64,000 bases of DNA from an uncultured Gemmatimonadales bacterium (GCA_963739455.1 CAVUAK010000001.1:832001-896000), one strand, 5' to 3'. Counted from the stretch's first letter, positions 45,351-56,458 are shown. Notes: generated by a model from the sequence alone, not told the origin. Numbers and translations: made by a program.

Positions 45351-46238
45351 ATGCAGGGCAGGACCCCGTGGCGCGGGGCACTTCAGGCCGCATGGCTCGC
45401 AGCGATCGCATGCGGGCCATCCGGTACGGGCGGGGCAAAGTCACCGGCACCCGCCCCGTCCAGGCCGGCGGCACCAACACCATACCAGCCTTCGAACTCG
45501 GGGTCCGGCCTTGCCGTGGCGCGCTATGCCTCGAGTGACGCGCGCTACGCCATCGATCGCGCCGACACGATCACGTTCCAGTATCCCAATGGTGTGCAGA
45601 CCCAGGTAGTTGACCGCAGCATCTGGGTCCGCCTGATCATTGGTCCCGGCACCACCACGGCACCCGTCAACATCACGCTCGACTCCATCCGGGTTGTCAA
45701 CGTCCCGCGCGATTCCCTCATCTCGGCGGACGGGCTTCGCTGGACCGGCACGCTGGAAGACGGCGTGCGCCTCGGCGCCCTCACGCCGTCGTCGCACCAC
45801 GCGCTCGCGGAGCAGCTCGTCGGCAATGCCTTCCGCGACCTGGTCGCGATGCTCCCGGCGGGCGGCGCGAAAGCCGGGGCGTCGTGGACCGACACCACCG
45901 CCACCACGGAACAGGTGGCCGGGAGTGAAGTCCCGGTGACGGTTGTCCGCGCGGCGCATGCAGGAAGCGCAACAGGTGCGCCGCCGGCAGTGCTGCTCGA
46001 GAGCTCGGCCACGGTGACGGGCGGCGGGAAGAGCCAGCGCTTCGGTGAGGAGATCGGCGTCACCTTGAGCGGCACCCGAACCCGGAGCCATCACCTCGCG
46101 GTCACCGGTCAGCTGCTTGATGCAACCGGTCGCGATTCGCTGTCCATTTCCTTTGACCTGCCCTCGGTCGGCCAGACGGTGCCGGCGACGCAGCGCGGAC
46201 ATCTCAGCATTCAACGGATGCAGGGCGGCCCCCGCTGA
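45351..46238 (+). CDS. Lipoprotein, probable paralog of the upstream gene
   Basis: AIAC lipobox, Pro-rich linker; ITLDSI, LP..GAKAGASWTDTT. Confidence 0.75.
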   Translation: MQGRTPWRGALQAAWLAAIACGPSGTGGAKSPAPAPSRPAAPTPYQPSNSGSGLAVARYASSDARYAIDRADTITFQYPNGVQTQVVDRSIWVRLIIGPGTTTAPVNITLDSIRVVNVPRDSLISADGLRWTGTLEDGVRLGALTPSSHHALAEQLVGNAFRDLVAMLPAGGAKAGASWTDTTATTEQVAGSEVPVTVVRAAHAGSATGAPPAVLLESSATVTGGGKSQRFGEEIGVTLSGTRTRSHHLAVTGQLLDATGRDSLSISFDLPSVGQTVPATQRGHLSIQRMQGGPR

Positions 46239-47056
46239 CCGGCAACGCCTCCACTCGCCGACGCTGGCGCTGGTGGTGGCTGCTCGTACCTCCCTGCCTG
46301 TTCGTCGCGTGGCTCTTCGCTGTCTGGCCCCCGCCTTCCTGGTATCGCACGCATTTCCCCGGCAACACTGCGTTCATGCAGATGCGCGGGACCATCGGCC
46401 GCTACCGGCCGGTTCCCCTCGAGTCCATTGCCCCGGCAATGGCGGTCGCCGCCATGACTGGCGAGGACGCGAAATTCTGGGAGCATGATGGCATCGACTA
46501 CGAGGCCATCCGGAAGGCGCTGGGCTATCGCAGGGGTGACTTCGACTGGGACGACCCACGCGACCGGCTCGCGATGCGGAAGGCCCTCGGACACGCCTGG
46601 GAGCGCCGGGACGCGTTGCGCGGTGCCAGCACGATCACCCAGCAACTCGCCAAGAACCTCTACCTGTCACCGTCGCGGAATCCGCTGCGCAAGGTGAAGG
46701 AAGCCGTCACCGCCTGGCGACTCGAGCGCGTACTGGGAAAGCGACGGATCCTCGAGCTCTACCTCAACGTCGCCGAGATGGGGCCCGATATCTGGGGCGT
46801 CCAGGCCGCAAGCGAGGTGTACTTCAGGAAGCCGGCGGCAAGATTGACGCGAGGTGAGGCGGCTGCACTCGCCGGCCTCCTGCCATTTCCGCTCCGGTCC
46901 AATCCCGCGCTCAAGCCGGGGCGGATGCGCTGGCGGCAGAACCTCATCCTCCGCCGCATGGCCGGCGAATCGCTCGAGATCCCCAAGACCGACGCGGAGA
47001 TCCCGACCCAGGCCGACTCCGACACCGCCCCATCCGATGCCGACACGACGCAATGA
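46235..47056 (+). CDS. mtgA: Monofunctional peptidoglycan transglycosylase (probable CTG start)
   Basis: EDAKFWEHDG, GASTITQQLAKNL, RKVKE, KRRILELYLN; in-frame N-terminal TM (RRRWRWWWLLVPPCLFVAWLFAVW) upstream of ATG 46376. Confidence 0.9.
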   Translation: MTGNASTRRRWRWWWLLVPPCLFVAWLFAVWPPPSWYRTHFPGNTAFMQMRGTIGRYRPVPLESIAPAMAVAAMTGEDAKFWEHDGIDYEAIRKALGYRRGDFDWDDPRDRLAMRKALGHAWERRDALRGASTITQQLAKNLYLSPSRNPLRKVKEAVTAWRLERVLGKRRILELYLNVAEMGPDIWGVQAASEVYFRKPAARLTRGEAAALAGLLPFPLRSNPALKPGRMRWRQNLILRRMAGESLEIPKTDAEIPTQADSDTAPSDADTTQ

Positions 47057-47072
47057 CGCCGGAGGTTGCCGC

Positions 47073-47717
47073 ATGAGGATCCCGCTCGTCATCGCGGCGC
47101 TCGGCGCACTCGCCACGTCCACCGCCCATGCACAGTCGCGCTGGGTCGCTTCGCTGCAGGGTGGTTACAGCGTCGCCACTTCCACTGCCGTGGGCTTTCC
47201 CGGGGGAGGCGCGTTTGGATCCAGCGCCTTCATAGGCCGTGAACTGGGTTCGCTGGTGGTGCTCGGCGTCGAGGGCGGATTCTATGGGGTTGAGAACACC
47301 ACGACGGAACGGCAGGTGGACTGTCCGCCGCCATCAGTGCCGGGGTCCCTCGGGTGTGTCGAGACAGACCGGTCGGAAGTGGACTGGGTCCAGCTGGGTG
47401 CAACCGTACGCGTGGGGCCCAGCACCGGCCGCTTCCGTCCCTACGGGGCGCTCGGCGCGGCGGTGTACCTGGGAAGTCGCGACCTCGAAGTCACCATCAC
47501 GAGCCCCAGCGACGAATTCAACCCTCTTTCCCCGAGCGTCAGCACCACCGCGGTCGGCGGAAGCTTCGGGGCCGGAGCAGACTGGCTGCTCGGCAACAAC
47601 GATTGGACCCTCGGCGTTGCTGCCCGGCTCCACTTCCTCGCTGGCGGCGACGAGAACGGTGAGTTCGGCGGGGATACCTTCGTGACGCTGCTGGCGGGGG
47701 TGGGGTACCGATGGTGA
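47073..47717 (+). CDS. Outer-membrane beta-barrel protein
   Basis: SD GGAGG; signal peptide ending AHA-Q; RFRPYG; terminal GVGYRW. Confidence 0.85.
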   Translation: MRIPLVIAALGALATSTAHAQSRWVASLQGGYSVATSTAVGFPGGGAFGSSAFIGRELGSLVVLGVEGGFYGVENTTTERQVDCPPPSVPGSLGCVETDRSEVDWVQLGATVRVGPSTGRFRPYGALGAAVYLGSRDLEVTITSPSDEFNPLSPSVSTTAVGGSFGAGADWLLGNNDWTLGVAARLHFLAGGDENGEFGGDTFVTLLAGVGYRW

Positions 47718-47718
47718 A

Positions 47719-47801
47719 GTCGTGAGTCCACAGTCGACTGTCGACAGAGAGTCGTCAGCTGTCGGCTGACTGACGACTCACGACTGCCGACTCACGACTC
47801 C
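47719..47801. repeat. Inverted heptamer repeats (CACGACT family) at a convergent gene junction
   Basis: gtcgtgagtc...gagtcgtcagctgtcggctgactgacgactcacgactgccgactcacgactc. Confidence 0.8.
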
Positions 47802-48914
47802 TCAGTCCACCAGCCTGAGCGGCATAACCAGGGCGAGGAAGCTCGCCGGATCATCCCATCCTACCGGCTCGCAGGTCGCCGCCCGCTCGGGTGCCTTGAA
47901 GGTCATCCGCACTTCATCGGTAGGGATGTACTTCAGCACCTCGAGCATGTAGGCGGCGTTGAAGCCGATCTCCAGCGCGTCGCCCTCGTACGTGACCGTG
48001 ACCTCTTCCTGCGCCTCGCCCAGGTCGGGTGTCTGCACCGACAGCTTGCATGACCCGTTCGCGAATGCCATGCGGATCCGGTGGGTCTGGTCGCTCGCCA
48101 CGATGCTCATGCGCCGGAGCGCTGAGGTGATGGCACCCTTGTCGGCCGTCATCACCTTGTCGTTCTCGCGCGGAATGACCTGCTCGTAGTTCGGGTACGG
48201 TCCCTCGATCAGCCGGGTAAACACCTGCGTCGTGGGTGACCGGAAGCCAAGATGGTTCTCGCTCCGCGCCACCTCGATCTCGTCCTCGGCGGAGAACAGC
48301 TTCCTGATCTGCTCCAGTGCCTTGGGTGGCACGATCAGGTCAGCCTGGGCTCCACCAGCCGTCGCGGTGGGAACGTCCATCCTGGCCAGCCTGTGGCCGT
48401 TGGTAGCCACCATGCGCATGCGATCGGGCCGGAGCTCCCAGAGCACGCCATTGAGGATCGGGCGGCTCTCTTCGGTGCTTGCCGCGAACGCAACGTGGGT
48501 AATGAGCTTCTGCAGGTTGCCGGCCGTGGCCTTCCAGCCGCCATCGAACTTCACCGCCGGGAAGGCCGGGAACTCATCCTTCGGCAGGCCGAGGAGGCGG
48601 AACTTGGACCGCCCGCACTCGATGGTGACCCGCTGTTCACCGGAAGCGGTGATCCTGATGGAGGCGTTGGGCAACTCGCGCACGATCTCGGCGAGCTTCC
48701 TCGCGGGAACGGTGATCGACCCTTCCTGGTCGACGGAAGCTGGGACGGTGGTGCTGACAGCGATGTCGAGATCGGTTCCCGACAACCTGACACCATCGTG
48801 CGTCGCCTCGACCAGGATGTTCGACAGGACCGGCAGCGTGGTCTTCGTGGGCACACTGCCCGCGACCGCCTGCAGGCCTTCCTGGAATTGCTCGCGAGTG
48901 ATCGTGAACTTCAT
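47802..48914 (-). CDS. dnaN: DNA polymerase III beta clamp
   Basis: TLPVLSNIL, GTDLD, SRPILNG, VATNGHRLA, RLIEGPYPNY, LVMPLR. Confidence 0.97.
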   Translation of the reverse strand: MKFTITREQFQEGLQAVAGSVPTKTTLPVLSNILVEATHDGVRLSGTDLDIAVSTTVPASVDQEGSITVPARKLAEIVRELPNASIRITASGEQRVTIECGRSKFRLLGLPKDEFPAFPAVKFDGGWKATAGNLQKLITHVAFAASTEESRPILNGVLWELRPDRMRMVATNGHRLARMDVPTATAGGAQADLIVPPKALEQIRKLFSAEDEIEVARSENHLGFRSPTTQVFTRLIEGPYPNYEQVIPRENDKVMTADKGAITSALRRMSIVASDQTHRIRMAFANGSCKLSVQTPDLGEAQEEVTVTYEGDALEIGFNAAYMLEVLKYIPTDEVRMTFKAPERAATCEPVGWDDPASFLALVMPLRLVD

Positions 48915-49231
48915 TTCTGCCTCATGCGTCCCGGAGAAGTACCTACCAGAACTTGTATATAAGAATACTAGCAGTAGTAGTAGAGGGGATGTAGATGTGG
49001 ACGAACCATCCGATCTCCTCGCCCTGCCCCGACTTGTCTCACCCAAACCATGTCGGCTCGTTGTGGGACATGCGGACATCTTGGTGCTTCAACAACATTT
49101 CCTGCCGCTATTCAAGACTTTCAACGAACAACCAATCAACATCGGGATAACCGTCCGGAAAAACTTTCGTCACATCATTTCGCCGTACGCGGGCGTCGCA
49201 CTGCTCGACACTGCGACGACAGCCACATCAA
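48915..49231. other. oriC: Chromosomal replication origin (unwinding sub-origin between dnaA and dnaN)
   Basis: AT-rich TTGTATATAAGAATA; DnaA-trio array TAG CAG TAG TAG TAG (48969-48983); GC spacer AGGGG; degenerate box TGTGGACGA (48996-49004). Confidence 0.85.
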
Positions 49232-50620
49232 TTATGTCTGCGGCTGCAACTCCATCCGCGCGAGTTCAACCTTCTCGCGGAAACCGCGATCTCGCGACAT
49301 CAACCGCGCCACCTTGTCGACACTGTGAATGACAGTGCTATGATCGCGGCCACCAAACGCCTGGCCGATCTCGACCAGCTGCATCTGCAGCAGGTCGCGC
49401 GCGAGGAACATGGCGATCTGTCGCGGCACGGTCAGCGTCTTGATCCGGGCCTTGGAGCGAAGTCCTTCCGGGGTGACGCCCCAGCGCCGCGCCACGACCT
49501 CCTGCACCTTGTTGATCGTTGGCAGCGCCTTGGAGGGGGCACCACTCTCGTCCGATGGCCTGATGCGATCGGCGAGTGCCTCGCGGGCCAGCTCGATCGA
49601 CACTTCCTTGTGCTTCAACGATGCGAAGAGCAGCAGCTTGATGATGCAGCCCTCAAGCTCCCGCACATTGGAACGCACATGCTCGGCAATAAAACGCAGG
49701 ACATCGTCGGGAATCGCCATTTCCAGGTGATCCTGCTCCGCCTTCTTCCGCAGGATCGCAATGCGGTGCTCCAGGTCGGGCTGGCCAATGTCCGCCACCA
49801 TTCCCCACTCGAAGCGGCTCACCAGCCGCGCCTCGAGGCCCGGGAGCTCCTTCGGCGGCCGGTCCGAGGTCAGCACGATCTGCTTGTTGGACTCGTACAG
49901 CGCGTTGAAGGTGTGAAAGAACTCCTCCTGGGTCATTTCCTTGCCTTCGAGGAAATGCACATCGTCCACCAGGAACAGGTCCACATCCGCCCGGTACCGG
50001 CGCCGAAACTCCGGCATCGTCCGGCTGTGGATGCTCTCGATCACTTCATTGATGAACTGCTCGGCGCCAACGTATAGCACCCGCGTGTCGGGTGTGCGAC
50101 CGACCACGGTGTGCGCAATTGCCTGCATGAGGTGCGTCTTTCCGAGTCCAGTCGCACCGTAAATGAAGAGCGGATTGTACGTTTTTCCGGGGGATTCGCT
50201 GACGGCGTGGGCGGCCGCTGCAGCAAGCTCGTTCGACTTGCCGATGACGAACGTCTCAAAGGTGTAGCGTTCGTTGAGCGGCTGGGCGCTTGGATTGACC
50301 TTCACCGCGGGTGCGCCAACGCTTGGCGGCGGCGCTACGAAAAGGTCCATCTGTGGCCGCTTCGTGCGCTCTTCCTGCACCTTGAAGACGACGCTAACCG
50401 GTTGTCCCGCGGCCTTTTCGGCCAGGCGCGACAATACCGCCGCATGCTTCGACTCGTTCCACTGCACCGCGAACTGGTCCGGGGCACCCACGATCAGCGT
50501 CCCGTTCTCGAGAGAGATCGGTGCGGCCGGTTCCAGCCACGTGCGGATCGTCTGTTCTGAAAGCTCACGGAGCGCATCATCGAGCAGGCGCGTCCAGAGA
50601 TCTTTCGCGGAAAGTTGCAT
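49232..50620 (-). CDS. dnaA: Replication initiator DnaA (alternative TTG start at 50656)
   Basis: YTFETFVIG, YNPLFIYG.TGLGKTHL, QEEFFHTFN, RLVSRF, NVRELEG, GGRDHSTVIH. Confidence 0.98.
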   Translation of the reverse strand: MQLSAKDLWTRLLDDALRELSEQTIRTWLEPAAPISLENGTLIVGAPDQFAVQWNESKHAAVLSRLAEKAAGQPVSVVFKVQEERTKRPQMDLFVAPPPSVGAPAVKVNPSAQPLNERYTFETFVIGKSNELAAAAAHAVSESPGKTYNPLFIYGATGLGKTHLMQAIAHTVVGRTPDTRVLYVGAEQFINEVIESIHSRTMPEFRRRYRADVDLFLVDDVHFLEGKEMTQEEFFHTFNALYESNKQIVLTSDRPPKELPGLEARLVSRFEWGMVADIGQPDLEHRIAILRKKAEQDHLEMAIPDDVLRFIAEHVRSNVRELEGCIIKLLLFASLKHKEVSIELAREALADRIRPSDESGAPSKALPTINKVQEVVARRWGVTPEGLRSKARIKTLTVPRQIAMFLARDLLQMQLVEIGQAFGGRDHSTVIHSVDKVARLMSRDRGFREKVELARMELQPQT

Positions 50621-50665
50621 CGAAATCCAGGCGACAGCGGCGGTGGGATGTTCCAAGGGCGCGAG

Positions 50666-50694
50666 ATATTACGAGTCGCGTGTGGATAAGTCAA
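50666..50694 (-). promoter_or_regulatory. dnaA promoter with an embedded perfect DnaA box
   Basis: TTGACT-17 nt-TAATAT; TGTGGATAA at 50681-50689. Confidence 0.85.
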
Positions 50695-50755
50695 CCTTGA
50701 CCCTGAGGTGGTCGCGCGGCTAATTTGTCGGGCTCATTGGAGGATTAGAAATCGT

Positions 50756-50917
50756 ATGATGCCGACATATCGTCCGCGCAACAAGAAGCGGATTGCCAAG
50801 CACGGTTTCCGTGCCCGGATGGCCGATCGCTGGGGCCGGGAAGTCCTGTCTCGCCGCCGGAAGAAGGGGCGGAAGCGGCTTACCGTCTCGATCCCGTCGA
50901 AGCACGGGCGGGCCTGA
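50756..50917 (+). CDS. rpmH: 50S ribosomal protein L34
   Basis: [20 protein letters not shown]...[10 protein letters not shown]. Confidence 0.97.
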   Translation: MMPTYRPRNKKRIAKHGFRARMADRWGREVLSRRRKKGRKRLTVSIPSKHGRA

Positions 50918-51267
50918 CGACCGGAGAAGGCTTCGCGCGGTCGCGCCGTCTGGCGCGCGCAGCCGACATCCGGCGGTGCCTGGCCAAGGGTCGGCGCCGC
51001 CGGTCCGCGTTTCTCGACCTGATCTGGATTGACAATGCACTGGGCCATCCGCGCATGGGGTTGATCGTTCCCCGATTCCAGGCGACTGCGGTGGCCCGCA
51101 ATCGTCTCAGGCGCCGGCTCAAGGAAGTGTGGCGTCGCGAGGTGCAGGCAGTGCAGCCGGCGTGCGACCTGCTCGTGCGTGCCCGTCGTGAGGCTTACAG
51201 CGCCTCGTACGATGCGCTCCGCGCCGAGATCCTGGGTTGGCGTGACGCGACGTGCCCTGCGCGGTGA
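50914..51267 (+). CDS. rnpA: RNase P protein (no canonical start; probable CTG)
   Basis: [20 protein letters not shown] (RNR motif), DLLVRAR; lies between rpmH and yidD. Confidence 0.9.
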   Translation: MTTGEGFARSRRLARAADIRRCLAKGRRRRSAFLDLIWIDNALGHPRMGLIVPRFQATAVARNRLRRRLKEVWRREVQAVQPACDLLVRARREAYSASYDALRAEILGWRDATCPAR

Positions 51268-51270
51268 TTC

Positions 51271-51498
51271 ATGGACCTGCGTCTCCTTCCGCGCCGCACG
51301 CTCATGGCGGCGGTGCGGGCATACCAGTTAGCAATCTCCCCGCTGCTGCCACCCAGTTGCCGCTTCACGCCATCGTGCTCGGCCTATGCCCACGAGGCGC
51401 TCACACGCCACGGGGCGGTGCGCGGCTCCTGGCTCGCCGCGCGGCGACTGGCCCGCTGTCATCCATGGAATCCGGGTGGCTACGACCCGGTTCCGTGA
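51271..51498 (+). CDS. yidD: Membrane protein insertion efficiency factor
   Basis: [31 protein letters not shown]. Confidence 0.96.
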   Translation: MDLRLLPRRTLMAAVRAYQLAISPLLPPSCRFTPSCSAYAHEALTRHGAVRGSWLAARRLARCHPWNPGGYDPVP

Positions 51499-51543
51499 CG
51501 ACTGGCGACTCACTGACGACTGAAGACAGCCGACTGACGACTC
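51497..51543. repeat. Heptamer tandem repeat (CTGACGA family)
   Basis: gacgactggcgactcactgacgactgaagacagccgactgacgactc. Confidence 0.75.
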
Positions 51544-53295
51544 ATGGATAGACGCACGCTCTGGGCGGTCATGCTGATGATGGCGATCGCCCTGGTTCCG
51601 ACATTCTTCATCAAGAAGCCGGTACGCCCGACGCCACCCGCAGCCGGGGTGGTCAGGGACTCCGCGCAGGCATCCCTGCCTGGTGCTGCCGCCCCCGCGC
51701 CCGCCGCGGGGGCAGCTCCTGTCACCGCCACAAGCGCGGCACCAGCCGGGCCGGCCGACACCATCACCGTCACGACGCCGCTTGCCCGCTATGGGGTCAG
51801 CACCCGCGGCGGCGTGCTCACCTCGCTCGAGCTCGCGCGCTACAAGTCGTCGTTCGCCGGCACCAAGGGCCAGAAGGCCGACCTCATTCGTCCGGGGATC
51901 CCGCTGCTCGGCCTGTCGGTCATCAGCGGTGCCGACACCGTGCGACTGGACCAGTGGGATTTCCATGTCGAGCCGGCCGGCCTCACCGTTTCAGGCGAGC
52001 CCGCGTCCCTGACGCTCACGTCGGAGCGTGACGGTCGGTCAGTGAGGATTCGCTACACCTTCTCGCCAGACGACTACCGGGTGGGTGTTGCGGGGTCGAT
52101 CTCCGGCATTGATGCGGCCGGTGGGCAGCTGCTGCTCGGACTTGGTTCCGGCATCGCGAATACCGAGGCCGATTCAGTCGAGAATCCGAAGAGCGTCCCA
52201 CCGCCCGCCCTGGTCACGTACGGCGAGAGCGCCGAGCGGCACGACATCCCCAAGCTCACCGCCGGCGAGACCACCACTTTCAGCGGGCCGTTCGCCTGGG
52301 CCGCGCTCAAGTCCAAGTACTTCGTCACGGCCATTCTCGCGTTCGACTCAACTGGCGGGCGCCTGAGCGGCGTGTCGGCCACCCCGCCGCTGAGCGCAGG
52401 CAATCGTCCGCGGGCGGCGGCCACCGTGGTGCGCATGCCGATCGCCACCAGCGGGGACTTCTCGTACACGTTCTACGCCGGCCCGATGGAGTACGACCGC
52501 CTCAAGCGGATCGGGCACGACTTCGATGACGTGAACCCTTATGGGCTCCCGGGCTTCCGCACCCTGATCCGGTTCTTCGCGGCCCCGGTGCGCTGGCTGC
52601 TCGTGTGGATGCACGAGTCACTGCACATGAGCTACGGGTTCGTCCTGATTGCGTTCGGGCTGCTGGTGCGGCTCCTGCTGTGGCCGCTCAACCAGAAGGC
52701 GATGCGCGCCAACACCGCGCTGCAGGCGCTCCAGCCGCAGCTCCAGCGGATCCAGGAGCAGTACAAGCAGGACCCGGCGCAGCTGCAGAAGGAGATGTTC
52801 AAGCTCTACAAGGAGAACGGCGTCAATCCGCTGGGCGGCTGCTGGCCCATGCTGCTGCCGATGCCGGTGCTGTTTGCCCTGTTCTTCGTGCTGGGCAACT
52901 CAATCGAGTTGCGTGGCGTGCCGTTCCTCTGGTTCCCCGACCTGGCGCGGCCCGATCCGTTCTTCATCATCCCGGTGCTGAGCGGGCTCTCCATGTTCGG
53001 CCTGACCAAGGTCGGGCAGATGGGCATCCAGCACACGGCGCAGACGAAGATGCAGGCGCAGATGATGACCTACATGATGCCGGTCATGATCACCATCTTC
53101 GGCTTCAGCTTCGCCTCGGGCCTCAACCTGTACTGGACGGTGAGCAACCTGGCGAGCATCCCGCAGCAGTGGCTCATCGCGCGCGAGCGGATGAAGCTGC
53201 AGAAGGCCGAAGTGAAGGCATTCGTCGAGGTGAAGACGAAGCCGGTGGAAGAGGGCGGGAAGGGTGGAAAGGGGAAGGGCGGAAAGAAGGCCTAG
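51544..53295 (+). CDS. yidC: Membrane protein insertase YidC
   Basis: Periplasmic domain, [30 protein letters not shown]. Confidence 0.96.
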   Translation: MDRRTLWAVMLMMAIALVPTFFIKKPVRPTPPAAGVVRDSAQASLPGAAAPAPAAGAAPVTATSAAPAGPADTITVTTPLARYGVSTRGGVLTSLELARYKSSFAGTKGQKADLIRPGIPLLGLSVISGADTVRLDQWDFHVEPAGLTVSGEPASLTLTSERDGRSVRIRYTFSPDDYRVGVAGSISGIDAAGGQLLLGLGSGIANTEADSVENPKSVPPPALVTYGESAERHDIPKLTAGETTTFSGPFAWAALKSKYFVTAILAFDSTGGRLSGVSATPPLSAGNRPRAAATVVRMPIATSGDFSYTFYAGPMEYDRLKRIGHDFDDVNPYGLPGFRTLIRFFAAPVRWLLVWMHESLHMSYGFVLIAFGLLVRLLLWPLNQKAMRANTALQALQPQLQRIQEQYKQDPAQLQKEMFKLYKENGVNPLGGCWPMLLPMPVLFALFFVLGNSIELRGVPFLWFPDLARPDPFFIIPVLSGLSMFGLTKVGQMGIQHTAQTKMQAQMMTYMMPVMITIFGFSFASGLNLYWTVSNLASIPQQWLIARERMKLQKAEVKAFVEVKTKPVEEGGKGGKGKGGKKA

Positions 53296-53495
53296 CGCTT
53301 GTGGGACCCGTCGCAGAAGGGGCGGGTCTTCGAGAGGCCGCAGCCGCACAGCTTGACCGTGCCGGGGTGCTTGAGGGACACGGGCGGCTCAATCGGGTCG
53401 CCCGCATTGTCGAAGAAGAGGGCCGGTCCCTCAATGTGTATGGGACCGGAAGGCTTCCAGGTGATCTTGATGGGGGTTTCTGGCGAGTCTGACAT
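53292..53495 (-). CDS. CDGSH iron-sulfur domain protein
   Basis: [24 protein letters not shown]. Confidence 0.93.
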   Translation of the reverse strand: MSDSPETPIKITWKPSGPIHIEGPALFFDNAGDPIEPPVSLKHPGTVKLCGCGLSKTRPFCDGSHKR

Positions 53496-53512
53496 ACTAG
53501 CAACGTAAGCGG

Positions 53513-54457
53513 TTATGCAGTCCGGACGCCCCCCGCTCTCTCCTCTGCCTCCCTCGCTTCATCCGCTCCCGCCAGCAGCGCCGCCGCGATGCCGCGCTCA
53601 CCCACCAGCGCCTCGGTCAATCGGTAGCCCATGTAGTAGCCGGCCCGCTCCGGAATGACGCGACCTGCCACCAGCCGTGCCGCGGGGCTCATGCCGCCCG
53701 ACAGGTACCTGAGCCGAAGGCCCAACCCGGCGCGATCGATGTCTGGTGCCGCCGCGCGCCGCAGGAACGACTCGAGTTCGCGGAGCCGCACGTACAGCCT
53801 GCGCGGGTAGCCGAAATAGTCGGACGCGCGGAAACCCGGCGCCACTGCCTGTGCCGCGTGCACCGCCAGCCCCTCGTTTACCAGCAGTTCACGCAACGTG
53901 GCCCGGCTGCCGACCTCCCAGTAGTCGTAGTAGCCCCTCGAGTCACGCACGATGCGGCTGATATCGCTGCGACTTCCGGTTGCGGTGTACCGGACGGTGT
54001 GCGCCAGTTCATGACCGATCCAGAGCGGAAGCAGCTCCGGCCCCAGCCCCAGCCCATAGGTCTCGGGGTTTACCCGGCCGGTGAAGTGCTCCAGGCAGAT
54101 GAACGCGACGCCGCGGCCGTCGATGACCAGCTCGCCGGCGTTGGCGGCGCCCATGCCCACCATCAGCACCACATCGGTCGGCTGCTCGATGCCCAGCACA
54201 TCGACCGCGCGCGCGATGGCCTCTTCGGCCACTCGCTCGAGGTCCACCGACTCGATCAGCGCGTAGAGATCACGCCGGTCGGCCCGGAGCGCTGCCTGGA
54301 TGACATCGACCGACGGCGGGCTGTCAGGGTCGAGGACGTAGTTGCGCCAGTAGGCGTCGAGGAGTGGGCGATGAGCTGCGTGAAATGATCGGTAGGAGGC
54401 CTCGCTGTCCGGCGCGTTGATCAGCGCGAGAAATTCCGGAACGAGGTTGATGAGCAC
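53513..54457 (-). CDS. Putative Zn-dependent protease (DUF2268-like)
   Basis: HELAH, NEGLA, GYYMGY. Confidence 0.75.
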   Translation of the reverse strand: MLINLVPEFLALINAPDSEASYRSFHAAHRPLLDAYWRNYVLDPDSPPSVDVIQAALRADRRDLYALIESVDLERVAEEAIARAVDVLGIEQPTDVVLMVGMGAANAGELVIDGRGVAFICLEHFTGRVNPETYGLGLGPELLPLWIGHELAHTVRYTATGSRSDISRIVRDSRGYYDYWEVGSRATLRELLVNEGLAVHAAQAVAPGFRASDYFGYPRRLYVRLRELESFLRRAAAPDIDRAGLGLRLRYLSGGMSPAARLVAGRVIPERAGYYMGYRLTEALVGERGIAAALLAGADEAREAEERAGGVRTA

Positions 54458-54498
54458 GGAGCACGATATGACGTGCGTCGGGACATTGCAAGAGTCTA

Positions 54499-54567
54499 CA
54501 GTCGTCAGTCGGCAGTCCTCAGAAAGTCGTCAGCCAACTGACGACCGCCGACTCACGACTGCCGACT
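54499..54567. repeat. Inverted heptamer repeats (CACGACT/CTGACGA family)
   Basis: cagtcgtcagtcggcagtc...agtcgtcag ccaa ctgacgaccgccgactcacgactgccgact. Confidence 0.8.
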
Positions 54568-55425
54568 TTAGTGCAACTGCTGCCTCTTCTGCTTTGCGAT
54601 GTCGTCGAGGAAGCGGCGCTCGTCCGGTGTCAGGCTTGCGAGGCCTTCAGCGCTGATCTTGTCGAGCACCCGGTCCATCTCGCGCGCCACCGGATCGGCC
54701 TCACCACTCCGCGACGGGAGTGACGCCGGTGATGCCGCCGCCGGGACCCGGCGCGACCGTTCCGCCTCGGCAGCCCCAGGTTGCACCATCACGGGGCGCG
54801 GCGCCGGTCGCCGGGGAGCGGCGTTCTCGGGTCCGTATGACTGGAGCCGGAAGAACAGGTACCCGAAGAGCGCGCCGCCAAGGTGCGCTTCGTACGCGAT
54901 GTTGGAGCTGCCGCGCAGGAACGGCAACGCCATGATGGCATTGAACCCCACCAGCAGGATGGCGAAGGTGCGCGCCTTCATCGGGATGGGGATCGGGATG
55001 ATGATCATCTCGGCGTCGGGCCAGAGCACGGCCAGCGCCACCGCAAGCCCCAGCACGGCGCCCGACGCCCCAACGAACGGCGTCACGACGGCGACCCGCG
55101 AGAGCACCAGCGCGAAGATCGCGGCACCTACACCGCAGTACAGGTAGTAAAGCAGGAACTTCTCGCCGCCCAGGCGCTGTTCCACCGCCGAGCCCAGCAT
55201 CCACAGGCCGAGTGAGTTGGCCAGCAAATGCAGGAGGTCGGCGTGCACGAACATGTAGGTGACAAACGTCCAGGGCCGGCTGAGCGCATTGCTGGGGTCA
55301 AACGCGAGCGCACGGAAGGCGCTGTCGGAAGTCAGGATGGTTTCCAGCAGCAGAAGCACCGCCGCGTTCGCGACGATGAGCCGTAGTACCCACGGGGTCA
55401 TCCGGGGATGGGAGATTGCCTGCAT
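54568..55425 (-). CDS. Rhomboid intramembrane serine protease with C-terminal DUF6576-like domain
   Basis: TYMFVH..LLHLLAN, GASG, AHLGG, DRVLDKISAEGLASLT. Confidence 0.93.
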   Translation of the reverse strand: MQAISHPRMTPWVLRLIVANAAVLLLLETILTSDSAFRALAFDPSNALSRPWTFVTYMFVHADLLHLLANSLGLWMLGSAVEQRLGGEKFLLYYLYCGVGAAIFALVLSRVAVVTPFVGASGAVLGLAVALAVLWPDAEMIIIPIPIPMKARTFAILLVGFNAIMALPFLRGSSNIAYEAHLGGALFGYLFFRLQSYGPENAAPRRPAPRPVMVQPGAAEAERSRRVPAAASPASLPSRSGEADPVAREMDRVLDKISAEGLASLTPDERRFLDDIAKQKRQQLH

Positions 55426-55438
55426 GCTGCCCGCCTCT

Positions 55439-56458
<1,020 letters not shown>

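Noticed and set aside
34815..54567. Short repeat arrays as CRISPR or integron attC sites
   Set aside because: Units are 7-8 bp and contiguous, with no unique spacers and no cas or integrase gene in the window.
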